Assembly: GCF_964213995.1 (NCBI RefSeq)
Contig: NC_135807.1
Coordinates: 47,554,001 to 47,618,000, forward strand
Source: Mustelus asterias
Taxonomy: Eukaryota
Reading direction: 5' to 3'
Length of the DNA stretch: 64,000 nt
The notes under the pieces were generated by a model. The model was not told the DNA's origin. It saw only the letters and a list, made by a program, of their open reading frames with translations, and did not search any database. Position numbers and translations under genes: made by a program. Below, in pieces: positions 12,700 to 22,830 of the stretch (position 1 is the first letter of the stretch; each line of letters begins with the position of its first letter).

Positions 12700-14098
12700 T
12701 TAAGGACTCCATGCACTCCAGACATTCTCTCTTCCAGCTTTTTCCATCAGGAAAAAAATACAAAAGCCTGAGATCCCATACGAACCAACTTAAGAACAGT
12801 ATCGTCCCTGCTGCCATCAGACCTTTGAATGGATCTACCTAGTATTATGTTGATCTATCTGTACACCCTATCGATAACTGCAACACTATATTCTGCACCC
12901 TCTCCTTTCCTTCTCCCCCATGTGCTGTCTGAACGGTATGTTTTGTCTGTAAGCGTGCAAGGAACAATGGGGGCGATTCTCCCAAAAGTGCTGAATTGGT
13001 GAGAAAGCTGGTGTAAATCATGACTGTTTTTCCAGTTCAATTTTAGACTTGAATCTCCCACTCTCTGTGCAATGCAGAGGTCACAATCATGAATCAAAAT
13101 CGTGAATTAAAAGCTCAGGGGGACGGGGCCTATTCATGCCAGAGGCTGACAGTTCCTGCCTGTGCCGTGGCCCCGATCTATCAGTCTCCCTATCTATTGA
13201 CCAGCTCGATCGCAGGCCAGCCTGGGACCCCCGCACTGCTGTCCCTCCACCATCCTCCCTCCCCCCTATGGCCTGATCGCAGCCCGATCACGACCCCAAC
13301 AAGCATTCCCGGGCCAGCCCTGACCCCCCCCGTCCCAGAGCGCTCAGATCTCCAGATCCCTTCCCCCCCACCATGAGGCAGACCACTCCCTCCAGCCCGT
13401 CCCAATCGCTGGCCTCCCTCTAGCCCCGACCGATCCCAATGCAGTGGCAGCGTGGCCCCCACTTCCACTGATCGCCCCTCGGCCCTGCCCGAAATAAGCT
13501 CCTCCCCTCAGCACCACCCACAGTAGGCCTGCCCCATTGCCCCGCCCCCTTGGCTCCATCCCCTTGGCACTGCCCATTGCCTGATGGGCAGTGCCAAGGT
13601 CCTCTGGGCATGGGCACTTTGCCCCTTGGGCAGTGTCAGGGGGCACAGGCTGGCACTGCCAGGGGGCACCCCCCACTGCCCGACCCCTTGGGGGCCCTGA
13701 TTGCCCCCCCTTCACTCCGGTGGGTTCCCCCGCTAATTCCCCACAAGTGGGGAGCTACTCTAAACCCCGCCAGAGTGAAATACTCCTGGCAGAGTGGGAG
13801 ATGCTATCGGGCCTGGAGAGTTCCGTACCGGGCCCGATAATCACATTTAAAAATACATTTAAAAAAGATTTAAGTTAATTCCCTCTCTTCCTGCTTGTTG
13901 CCAGCGCCGTCCTGACTGTGCCTGTTCTCCAGTTGTTGAGGACGCATGCATCGGGAACACGTGCGCAAATCCCATGAAATGGCCAACACGTGATTCTCCC
14001 ATCCCGACACGCCAAAAAACATGTGCGTCGGGATGGGAGAATCGGACCCAATGTATCCCAATACATGTGACAATAATGAACCGAATCAAATCAAATCA
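12700..14098 (+). mobile_element. Rex1/Babar LINE 3' end, split by a TIR element
   Basis: HSLFQLFPSGKKYKSLRS..NQLKNS..PAAIR; 3' UTR resumes at about 14053 and ends in (AATCA)n; matches 43060, 46548 and 50525 copies. Confidence 0.8.
12969..14049. mobile_element. 1.08-kb non-autonomous TIR element, PIF/Harbinger-type
   Basis: TIRs GGGGGCGATTCTCCC / GGGAGAATCGGACCC; AAT on both sides; C-rich, CpG-retaining interior with a hairpin at 13562-13599. Confidence 0.8.
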
Positions 14099-14380
14099 AT
14101 GGCACAGGAGGCTTCATGGGGCCCTATATGGAAAACCCCTGCTCCTATTTCCCATGATCTTATGTTCTTAATTTATGTGCGTAATTTTGGTGATCTGAGA
14201 TACTTAGAAGGACACACTTCGATGGGCAGAATCATCTTTTCTCGGTCATGACTTTTCTTGTGTTCTTCTGTAACAGCTTGTACTGAGTTTAACACCTTCT
14301 GAATGTGGGGTATTGTACCTAGTACTGCACTGTGTGATGGGTGGAGTGTTTTGATTATCATCAGTTGAAAATCTATCTCA

Positions 14381-14717
14381 GGGAAGCACAGTGGCACAAA
14401 GGTTAGCACTGCTGCCTCACAGTGTCAGGGACCTGGTTCAATTCCCGGCTTGGGTCACTGTCTGTGCGGAGTCTGCACATTCTCCCTGTGTCTGCGCAGG
14501 TTTCCTCCGGATGCTCCGGTTTCCTCCCACAGCAAAGGTGTGCAGGTTAGGTGGATCGGCCATGATGAATTGCCCCGTAGTGTCAGGGGGACTAGCTAGG
14601 GTAAAATGCATGCGGTTATGGGGATAGGGCCCATTATGAGGATAGGGCCCATTGGGTTTTTGGTCAGTGCAGACTCAATGGGCCGAATGGCCTCCTTCTG
14701 CACTGTAGATTCTATGA
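14381..14717 (+). mobile_element. HE1/V-SINE-type SINE, CR1-type tail
   Basis: Full head, core and tail; internal duplication GGATAGGGCCCATT. Confidence 0.9.
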
Positions 14718-14949
14718 TAAGAAGGTTTGATATCAATATTGAAATGTTGAACATTTAAAAATTTCACTTGTTTTCAGCAACAGGGGATTTATACCAAAAT
14801 TAACGGTGATATATAAGGATTCCTTTCAGCCCTACAAAGTAATGACAAGGAAATTTTCAGTCGACATTGCTGCAGTGGAGACTATCAACGGGCATGTAAA
14901 ACTGGATTCCTCAGGTTAAGCTGATGTCTGATATAAGGAAAAGTAAGTT

Positions 14950-15770
14950 AGGCAAATGGAGTTTGGAATCGCTGCTGAAATGTTGAAGTTATTGGAAGGG
15001 GTTGACACAGCGAGAAGAGCCAAAATATTTCATGAAATTCCATGTGTGAAGTATCCATGAAAGATTAATGCACCTGGATTGATGTGAAAATAGAGAGTTA
15101 GATTGAAAATTGAAAGCAGCAATCAATTAAATTTACTCTTTCTGAGATTGCTCCAGATTTCTTGCTTTCTACATTGTTCGTTCGTAAATGGCATTTAGGT
15201 GCACACCAAGAAAGCAGTATTAGAAAATTTTGCTTAACCAAATTACATGGTCAGATGCTGAGTGGTTATAAATGAGCTGGCATATCACAAAAATATTCTC
15301 CTTAGAGCAGAGAAAGTAAAGTTTAACAGTGTTCAACATTATGGAGGGTGTTGATATAGTAAATAAGAAGAAACTATTTCCAATGGTAGGAGAGTCAGTA
15401 ACAAAGAACTCAGAATTAAAGTAATTGCCAATGACCGGAAACAAAATGAGGAAAAAGACTAGCAGGATCTTTCAGTCCTGCCTGCTGGCAGGATCTTCCC
15501 AGTCCTGCCTGCTGGCCGGATCTGCCGGTGTAGCCAACTTTTGGTTTGCTTTCCGTATTCACCACAAGAGAATCCACCAAACTGGGGCCATAAAATCCCA
15601 GCCCAAGATTTATGCAACAAGTTACTACAATTTGATATACCCAGCCTGAAAAGGTAGCAAAAGTAGGTTCAATAATAACTTTCAAAAGGGAATTGGAAAC
15701 ATAGTTGATGAGGAAAAATTGGAGGCTACTGATGGAAGGGCAGGGGAATGGGGCTAAAGAGCCAGCTTAG
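14950..15770 (+). mobile_element. Highly degraded CR1 fragment with a MITE at about 15460-15603
   Basis: Residual RT and C-terminal CR1 similarity; TIR-like GCAGGATCTT...AAAATCCCAGCCC. Confidence 0.5.
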
Positions 15771-15784
15771 CAGTAAAAGGAAAG

Positions 15785-16222
15785 AAAAACTTGCATTTAT
15801 ATAGCACCATTCATGACCACCAGATATCTCAAGCCACTTCAAGGTCAATGAAGTGCTTTGTGAAATGTATTCACTGTGATAATGTAGGGAATGTGGCAGC
15901 CAGTTTGTACACTAAGTTCCTACAAACAGCAATGTGATAATGACCAGATAATGTTTTTGTGACATTGACTGAGGGATAAATATTGGTCACGACATCAGGA
16001 ATAACTCCCCTGTCTTTGAAATAGTCCATGGGAGTATTTACGTCCGCCTTACAGAACGGATGGGGTTTCTTTTGATATCTCACCCAAAAGACAGCACTTC
16101 TAACAGTGCGGCACTCCCTCAGTTCTGTGAATCAGCCTTGATTTTTGTGCTCAAGTCCTGGATTGGGAATTGGTCTCTTAACTTTCTGCCTCAGAGGTGA
16201 GATTGGTACCAGCTGAACCACA
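15785..16222 (-). mobile_element. Deu-domain-like SINE (SacSINE1/AmnSINE1-like)
   Basis: CTTGCATTTATATAGC tail; AAAAGACAGCACTTCTAACAGTGCGGCACTCCCTCAG core; tRNA-like head; second copy at 25130-25530. Confidence 0.7.
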
Positions 16223-17232
16223 GATGACACCTAATGATGGGTTGAATGGCCTCCTTCTGTGCTGCATTATTCTGTGATTCAATGAATGCAAGAGTTTGGT
16301 TGGGATGCTGACAATGTGATTCCTCAGCCTATCTTGGTGAAAGACCTGATCTGTTTTGAGGACCATTTGATCAGCACAGCAAGAAAATTGTTCCTCATTC
16401 TTGAATAGCTTTATTAATGCAATGGAAGTTTATTTCAGCCCTACAGTACCCAGGAGGGAACTCCATAATGACATTCAACTCCAGAACACAGTCACATCAC
16501 CCTTGGATGTGGCAGCTACTTACTGGTTAATGCACAGAAGAAAATGTGCAAAAGAAATTTTGTTTTGCAAAATAAATCTATAAGCATTGGGCAATGAATT
16601 TTTTATTTGCGCAAGACTCTTTTTTTAATAAATTAAACAAAACATCATTCACCAAAGTGGTAAATATATAATGATGTGTTAGTATACCATGGTTTCAGAG
16701 TTAAACCTTTCATATTTCAGTATAAACTCCTTTTAATGAAAACCTTATTTTATTTCCCAATATAATGTGTATTGATCTATTTTGCACAAGAAAGTACCAC
16801 GATTTCAGAAGGTATGAAAAAAAGCATAAGATTTCACTATTGGTACAGCATGCTTTGCAAAGTAAAGCAAAATTTACTAATGCACTTAGAATCCCACAGA
16901 ACCAATAAATTCTGGGAACTACAGCATCTGAATCACTGCCAACTTTATTTAAAGCATAAACCTAATGAAAGGGAATAGATTCCATTAACTTTCCTCTCAC
17001 TGTCCCATCTGGCAACCTTGCTGCCGACACACACAAGGCTCTGATTGAGCTCACCCCACCAGCAACTTAGTTTTTTAAAGATAGGGGTGTGATTTAAATG
17101 GCCGCCCCAGTGCACCCCTTTCGTCATTTTCCTGACCCAGAGTTATTATGGGCACAGTATGAAGTCTCACAACATCAAGTTAAAGTCCAACAGTAATCAC
17201 GAGCTTTCAGAGCGCTGCGCTTTTATCAGGTA

Positions 17233-17578
17233 GGGTGGCACGGCAGCACAGTGGTTAGCACTGCTGCCTCACAGCTCCAGGGACGTGGGTTCGATTCCCG
17301 GCTTGGGTCACTGTCTGTGTGGAGTTTGCACATTCTCCTCGTGTCTGCGTGGGTTTCCTCCGGGTGCTCCGGTTTCCTCCCACAGTCCAAAGATGTGTGG
17401 GTTAGGTTGATTGGCCATGCTAAAATTGCCCCTTGGTGTCCTGAGATGCGTAGGTTAGAGGGATTAGTGGGTAAAATATGTAGGGATATGGGGGTAGGGC
17501 CTGGGTGGGATTGTGGTCGGTGCAGATTCGATGGGCTGAATGGCCTCTTTCTGTACTGTAGGATTTCTATGATTTCTA
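17233..17578 (+). mobile_element. HE1/V-SINE-type SINE, CR1-type tail
   Basis: Full length, CpG-rich, nearly identical to 30658-30999. Confidence 0.92.
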
Positions 17579-17597
17579 GGTGAGTCCTTCCTCAGGT

Positions 17598-17640
17598 GAG
17601 TCACCTGAGGAAGGAGCAGCGCTCTGAAAGCTTATGATTC
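17598..17640 (+). ncRNA. Minimal type I hammerhead ribozyme motif (Penelope-associated)
   Basis: GAGTCAC-CTGAGGA-A-GGAGC agc GCTCT-GAAA-GC-TT-ATGATTC: both conserved core boxes, stem II, palindromic AAGCTT stem III, stem I with one mismatch. Confidence 0.65.
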
Positions 17641-17859
17641 CAAATAAACCTGTTGGACTTTAACCTGATGTTGTGAGACTTCGTACTGTGCCCACCCCAA
17701 TCCAATGCCAAAATCTCCACATCAGAGTTATTATGGTCATTTTCTGACTATTCTGTAGCTTGTTGGATGAGGTGTCACCCCGTGGCACAATTTATGACAT
17801 GTTCCTCCCATGCACCAATGTCGATTTGTTTTCTTTTTAATGAGGCCTTCTGAATTATC

Positions 17860-18195
17860 TTAAAATGTTTTCTCTGTCCTCCTTGAGATGCCATCTATAA
17901 GTATTGAAAGTATTGTTTTGGAAGCTGCTTATTTGGCACGTGGATGCAGAGTGTAGACCAGTGGAGCTGACGTTTGCATGATCATGGTTGCATTGATTTT
18001 GGTGAAGTTGCTGGAGTTTGTTTGCCTGTCTTTCCATTTGACTTTGAGCATCCTGCAGGAGACACCATTCGTAGAAATTCTCCAGTGCCTGGTGTTGCCT
18101 TTGGTAGCTGCCCAAGTATCAATGCCAGATAGAAGATTAGTTACAACAGCTTTGCAGATTAACATTCTTGCCCATTATGGAGATCTCTGTCGTTG
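17860..18195 (-). mobile_element. RTE-clade LINE fragment
   Basis: LLSGIDTW...LENFY..CL..MLKVKWKDRQTN resembles RTE LLYGxETW...LExFHxxCLRxILxIxWxDxxTN. Confidence 0.7.
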
Positions 18196-18334
18196 AAGAC
18201 CGAAAATAAAATATGTGACTGCACATACGATTTGTGCAATGAATGCAGTGACTCACCAAAGTCACATCTCAACATATGATTGTTCTATTATAGATTTAGC
18301 AACTGTGCATGCTCAGGCAGTCCTTCATCCCTAA

Positions 18335-19125
18335 TGTTAGGGTACCAGACCAGAACCCCAAGGTATATTATGAAGCCAGACTAGACCCCAACAATTTTTT
18401 ATTTTGGCATAAATCTGAAGAAAGGGTGCCTTGCCTCAGGAGTAACTCCACTGACAAACTAAGGATCTTTGTATCAAAACAAGTCTTATTCATAACACAG
18501 TTTAAGTACAATACTAACAAAATTAAACTGTTTAACTCTTAACCGTTGAGCAATCTTTAAACATGAAAAGAAACAACTCTTAACTTCTAACTTATCACTA
18601 TGTCAGTTCCAATTAAGCAATATTTCTCTTATAGGCTGAATCCCCACTTGAAAATGTTCAGAAAACACAAATATACTTGCTCTGATTTGGGGAACAACTT
18701 TGGAGCTTTCAAAAAGAGAGTGAGAGAGAGAACCTCTTCTTTTTTAACAACTCTAGTCATCAATTGCTCTTTTTAAAAATGAAAATGAAACTATTCTTTC
18801 TGCTACAAGGTTAGCTCCTCCCATTAACCTAAAATAACATGACTCTGCCCCTGTATACCTAACTCACCTTCCATTACTTTAATTAAAAAACATCCCATTA
18901 AACCTTCTGCTAAATAAACACTTGAATGTCTAAAATGAATAATTATCCTGTTTTCCAGCATCTGCTACATTCTTGCCTGACAAACTGGCACAGTAGAAAA
19001 ACATTGAATCTTGAAGCAGCCCCCTCAAACATAACATATATCAATAGCACAGTATCATCACACTAGCAGTAGAGACATCACTTGCCGAACAATCTTTAGA
19101 TCCTACAGAAAAAGGAACTGTGACA
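18335..19125. mobile_element. Probable solo LTR
   Basis: TGTTA...TGACA termini about 790 bp apart; imperfect flanks CCTAA/TCTAT; no internal ORF. Confidence 0.4.
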
Positions 19126-19659
19126 TCTATATCTCTTAATAGCAAGTATTAACATCAAACAGCAGTCCATCTCATTTTCCCCCTTCTGAGGAGCACTTAG
19201 AACAACCTTAAGGTCAGGAAGTCATAGATACACATTATACACTCAACTAAGCATAAATACAGGCCAAATCACACAGAATACAACAACGTCATAGGCTACG
19301 ACAATTACCAAAAACTGTAGTGGCTGTTACTAGAATATGTCCTGACAGCTCTTTTGGTCTGAGAATGATTCAGCATGTTGTAGAGAAATCAGTTAGCATT
19401 CATGGATGCTGATGTATCGCTGCAAGTGAACCTTTTATATGGAATAAGAACCGGGTCACGTTAAGAATGTTCCTGATGTGCATTGACAGAATTGATCTAT
19501 CAAGGTATGCAGAAAAAGCCAATCATTTCCAATACTGTAATGGTTGTAGTGAAGTTCATCTTTGCCCTCAACTATAATGTATAGTGAGATTAGAAGTGAT
19601 GCCTACAGCTGAGCTGAACAATGGTACACTATTAGTTCCAACTAATGATTCGAAAACTT

Positions 19660-20082
19660 TTATTTCTTTGTTGGAATATGGACTTTGCTGACAAGGCCGA
19701 TATTTATTGCACATTGCGTTGTTGCCAATTCAGAAGGCGATGTTAGGCCTTTTTTTGAACCATTGGGAAATTTGGTAAAACTTAGTGGCTTTTAGAGGCC
19801 AGTTAAGGGTCAACCATATTGGCGTGGGCCTGGAGTCATATATAGGGTGGACCTGATAATGGTGGGATGTTTCCTTCAGCAAAGGACATCAATGCATCAG
19901 TTGAGCTTTTATGATAATCCAACAACTCCTGGTCACTTTTACTGATGTCAACTCTCATTGTCTGATTATTTTACTAAAACATTTAAATTTTCAGTTGGCA
20001 TGGTGGTATTTAGACTCCCATTCATTAAATCATTAGCCTCTGGATTGGACCTCTAGATTACTAGTCTAGTAATATATTCCAC
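19660..20082 (-). mobile_element. Older tRNA-derived SINE (family C)
   Basis: Reverse-complement similarity to 22478-22830. Confidence 0.65.
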
Positions 20083-21477
20083 ACATGCAAATGCTGGAAG
20101 GCATCTCTTCAAAAGCAGATAGATCTGTCTGAGAATAGAATAGTGATCATCCAAATGGTATTTAAATTTCTCCATCTTGTAATTATTCTCCAAGTGAACT
20201 TGCCATGAATGCACTTGGCACATGGACTGAAATGTTTATAAAACAGTAGTACGACTATATATGCTGCAATTATGGCTATGGCCTGTGTAGCTATGATCTT
20301 CACTCTAACTACTGTTGGCATGTACTCAATGACAGACTGCAGTCAGAAAACATATGCTCTGTGCCAACTCTGTCACAAAAATGCACTCATCTTTCTTTAT
20401 TGCAACAGCTACGATTTTTAAGGGCTTGGTTCAAAAATTCAGGCCACTTGGTCATTGTACCATTCACAACAATTTCTATTTAGTCCACGGTTGAATAACA
20501 AACATATTGACATTTATATTGATTAAGTGGTTTATTGGTTACTTGAGAACCATTAAAGTATCTTTATTATAGATTCATTGTAATTGACTGCCCTGACAAC
20601 TCTGACTGCTCATAACAAAATCACAATCACAATTTCCATCAGCTGATTAAAATGACAGAGGAAATTGACATTTTTCCCAATTCATTTTTAGAGGGAGGAA
20701 ACTATCCAATATTATATCCAATTTTTGCCAACATTAAAAGACTTTGGGAATGGAATTCCTCCTTACAATTTTGACAAATTAGAAATATAATCCACTTTTA
20801 TACACATTTCAACTTTCTTCTTATTCTTTTTTCATGAGGAGTCTCCATTTGTGAGTCTGGCCCAAAGAACATATCATACTTCCTTTGTAACCATGACAAC
20901 AACATTTCCATACACACAATTCTGTGATCAGTCATATGACTAGAAAACTCAAGAAGTTCATCTGCTCTTTGCCGCAGAGAAGTAATTATTTAAATGAAAT
21001 GCATGATTAAAGTTGTATCAACATGAAAAATATATTGGCAAAGAAATCTGACTTTCTTCTTAAACAGGCATAAAATCGGCAGAGCAGCTGCGCCACCCCA
21101 TATCAGTGTTGGCGTGTGGAATAAAATAAGTTCAAGATCAGACATAATTTTAAAGCTGCCTGTCACACTGCAGCTTGCCCTTGCAGGAAAATTGAAATGA
21201 CTCTCAAACACAGAGGGACAAAAACAATTGCCAGGGATAATAGCCTCAAAAGGCCCTGGAGTAGGCCATTATTTTTTGTGGGCCTAAGATACATGGTTCT
21301 GCTTCTGCTGGGCCCACAGAGATATGGTTGCAAGGTGAACAAAGTGGAAGCGGGATAGTCAAAGGTCTTTGACGTTACAAAGGAAGAGGAAATAGGATAA
21401 GTTCTATTAATAAAAGATAAGATCAGTTCAGTAATGTGAAATGATCTCGGCTGAAAAAATCTAGACGGAGAATAAGT

Positions 21478-21675
21478 TTTTGATTTGATTTGATTTATCA
21501 TTGTCACATGTATTAATATACAGTGAAAAGTATTGTTTCTTGTGCGCTATGCAGACAAAGCATACATTTCGTGGAGTACATAGGGGAAAAAGAAAGAAGA
21601 GGGTGCAGAAAATAGTGTGACAGTCATAGCTAGGGTGCAGAGGAAGATCAACTTAATATAAGGCAGATCCATTCA
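21478..21675 (-). mobile_element. Rex1/Babar 3' tail, inserted next to a CR1 endonuclease remnant (about 21330-21477)
   Basis: (TTTGA)n TTTATCATTGTCACATG...CCATTCA is the reverse complement of the Rex 3' UTR. Confidence 0.8.
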
Positions 21676-22477
21676 GTTTGGGTGGATATAAGAAATCTCA
21701 AGGAAAATAACTCACTGGTGCATTAATTCTTTGTCCCCCGGGGTATGTTGCACTGTAGGAAAAAATATCAATCAAGAAATAATGGGCACACAAAACTACA
21801 TATTCAAAATATTTTGGGTGCCTATATGCAGTGATCCGTTTAATAACTGCTGGTTACCTTGATCAATGCCTGGTACAAGAAAACAGAACTTCCATTGCAA
21901 ATGCTCTTTCCATTTGACCTGATTTTTACAACTGGCATAGGACAAACAGTTTAAATATTTAACCAGCCTTTTACTTGTATGAAGCAGATGGTATGCTTGC
22001 CCATTTGCAGGCCTGCATAAATATTGCAGCAAGCAGGCCTTGGGCCCTGTTGGCTTGATAGCTAGCGTGTGGTTCAGAATAATGCCAACAGCTCACATTC
22101 AATTCCCCTTCTGGCTGGGGTAGATTTGGGACCTGCCTCCTCACCTTGATCCTGAAAGCAGAAGAGAAAGGCAAACTACCACTAACAAAATAACTCAGGG
22201 TGAAATATCAGCAGACGATGGACCAAGCACTTGCCTTTGGGATGCATGCATTCGGGTCTTAGACATTATGTACAACCAATGTTCTTTTCTAATCTTTGAT
22301 TGTTGGTTGTCCATTGTTCAGGCATGAAATGGAAAGCCGTGTTGAATTTCTCTCCACTTCTATGTTATAATGATCACATGACAATATGGCTTAGTGCACT
22401 TTATGGTGCCCTCCATGACTGTTAATGGAACTAGCTTTCTGATAGCATTTAAAAATAGTAGAATTTGGATCGGAAAG

Positions 22478-22830
22478 ATGGTGGTGTGGTGGTAATATCA
22501 TTGGACAAGCAATCCAGAGGCCCAGCCTAATGCCCTGGGAATATGGGTTCAAATCTAACCAATTCAATTAACAAAACCTGAAATTGAAAGCTAGTCTCAG
22601 TAATGGTGACCATGACAACTATAATCAATTGTCATAAATAGCTATCTGGTTCACTATTGTCCTTTAGGGAAGGAAATCTGCCATCCTTACCTGGTCTGGC
22701 TTACATGAGACTCCAAACCCACTCTTAACTGTCCTCCAAAATGGCATGGCAAGCCATTCAGGTCAAGGGCGCTTAGGGATGGGCAACAAATGCTGGCCTT
22801 GCCAGTGACGTCCACACCCCATAAAAAAAA
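22478..22830 (+). mobile_element. tRNA-derived SINE (family C)
   Basis: Head TGGTGTGGTGGTAAT..GGGTTCAAATC; core CATCTGGTTCACTA..GTCCTTTAGGGAAGGAAATCTGCC; tail AGGGATGGGCAACAAATGCTGGCC plus A-run. Confidence 0.8.

Larger units (their letters stand above)
17152..17722. mobile_element. Head-to-head inverted pair of Penelope-like terminal repeats, interrupted by a SINE
   Basis: 17152-17231 is the reverse complement of about 17603-17691 with a deletion; 14-bp TSD CAGAGTTATTATGG at 17138-17151 and 17723-17736. Confidence 0.85.

Noticed and set aside
13089-13878. Cluster of overlapping Pro/Gly-rich ORFs
   Set aside because: A result of high GC content inside a non-autonomous TIR element
14391-14627. 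Recurrent ORFs MAQWLALLPH.../MVSTAASQ... as a gene family
   Set aside because: They are translations of the same SINE in different frames
14830-14925. Insulin-like CC motif (RHCCSGDYQRAC) or kinase-like NGHVKL motif
   Set aside because: Cysteine spacing does not fit the insulin A chain, and the DFG and catalytic loop are absent
17233-17310. tRNA genes in SINE heads (also 5117, 14381, 30658 and others)
   Set aside because: The tRNA-like region runs into a SINE core and LINE-type tail without a complete cloverleaf
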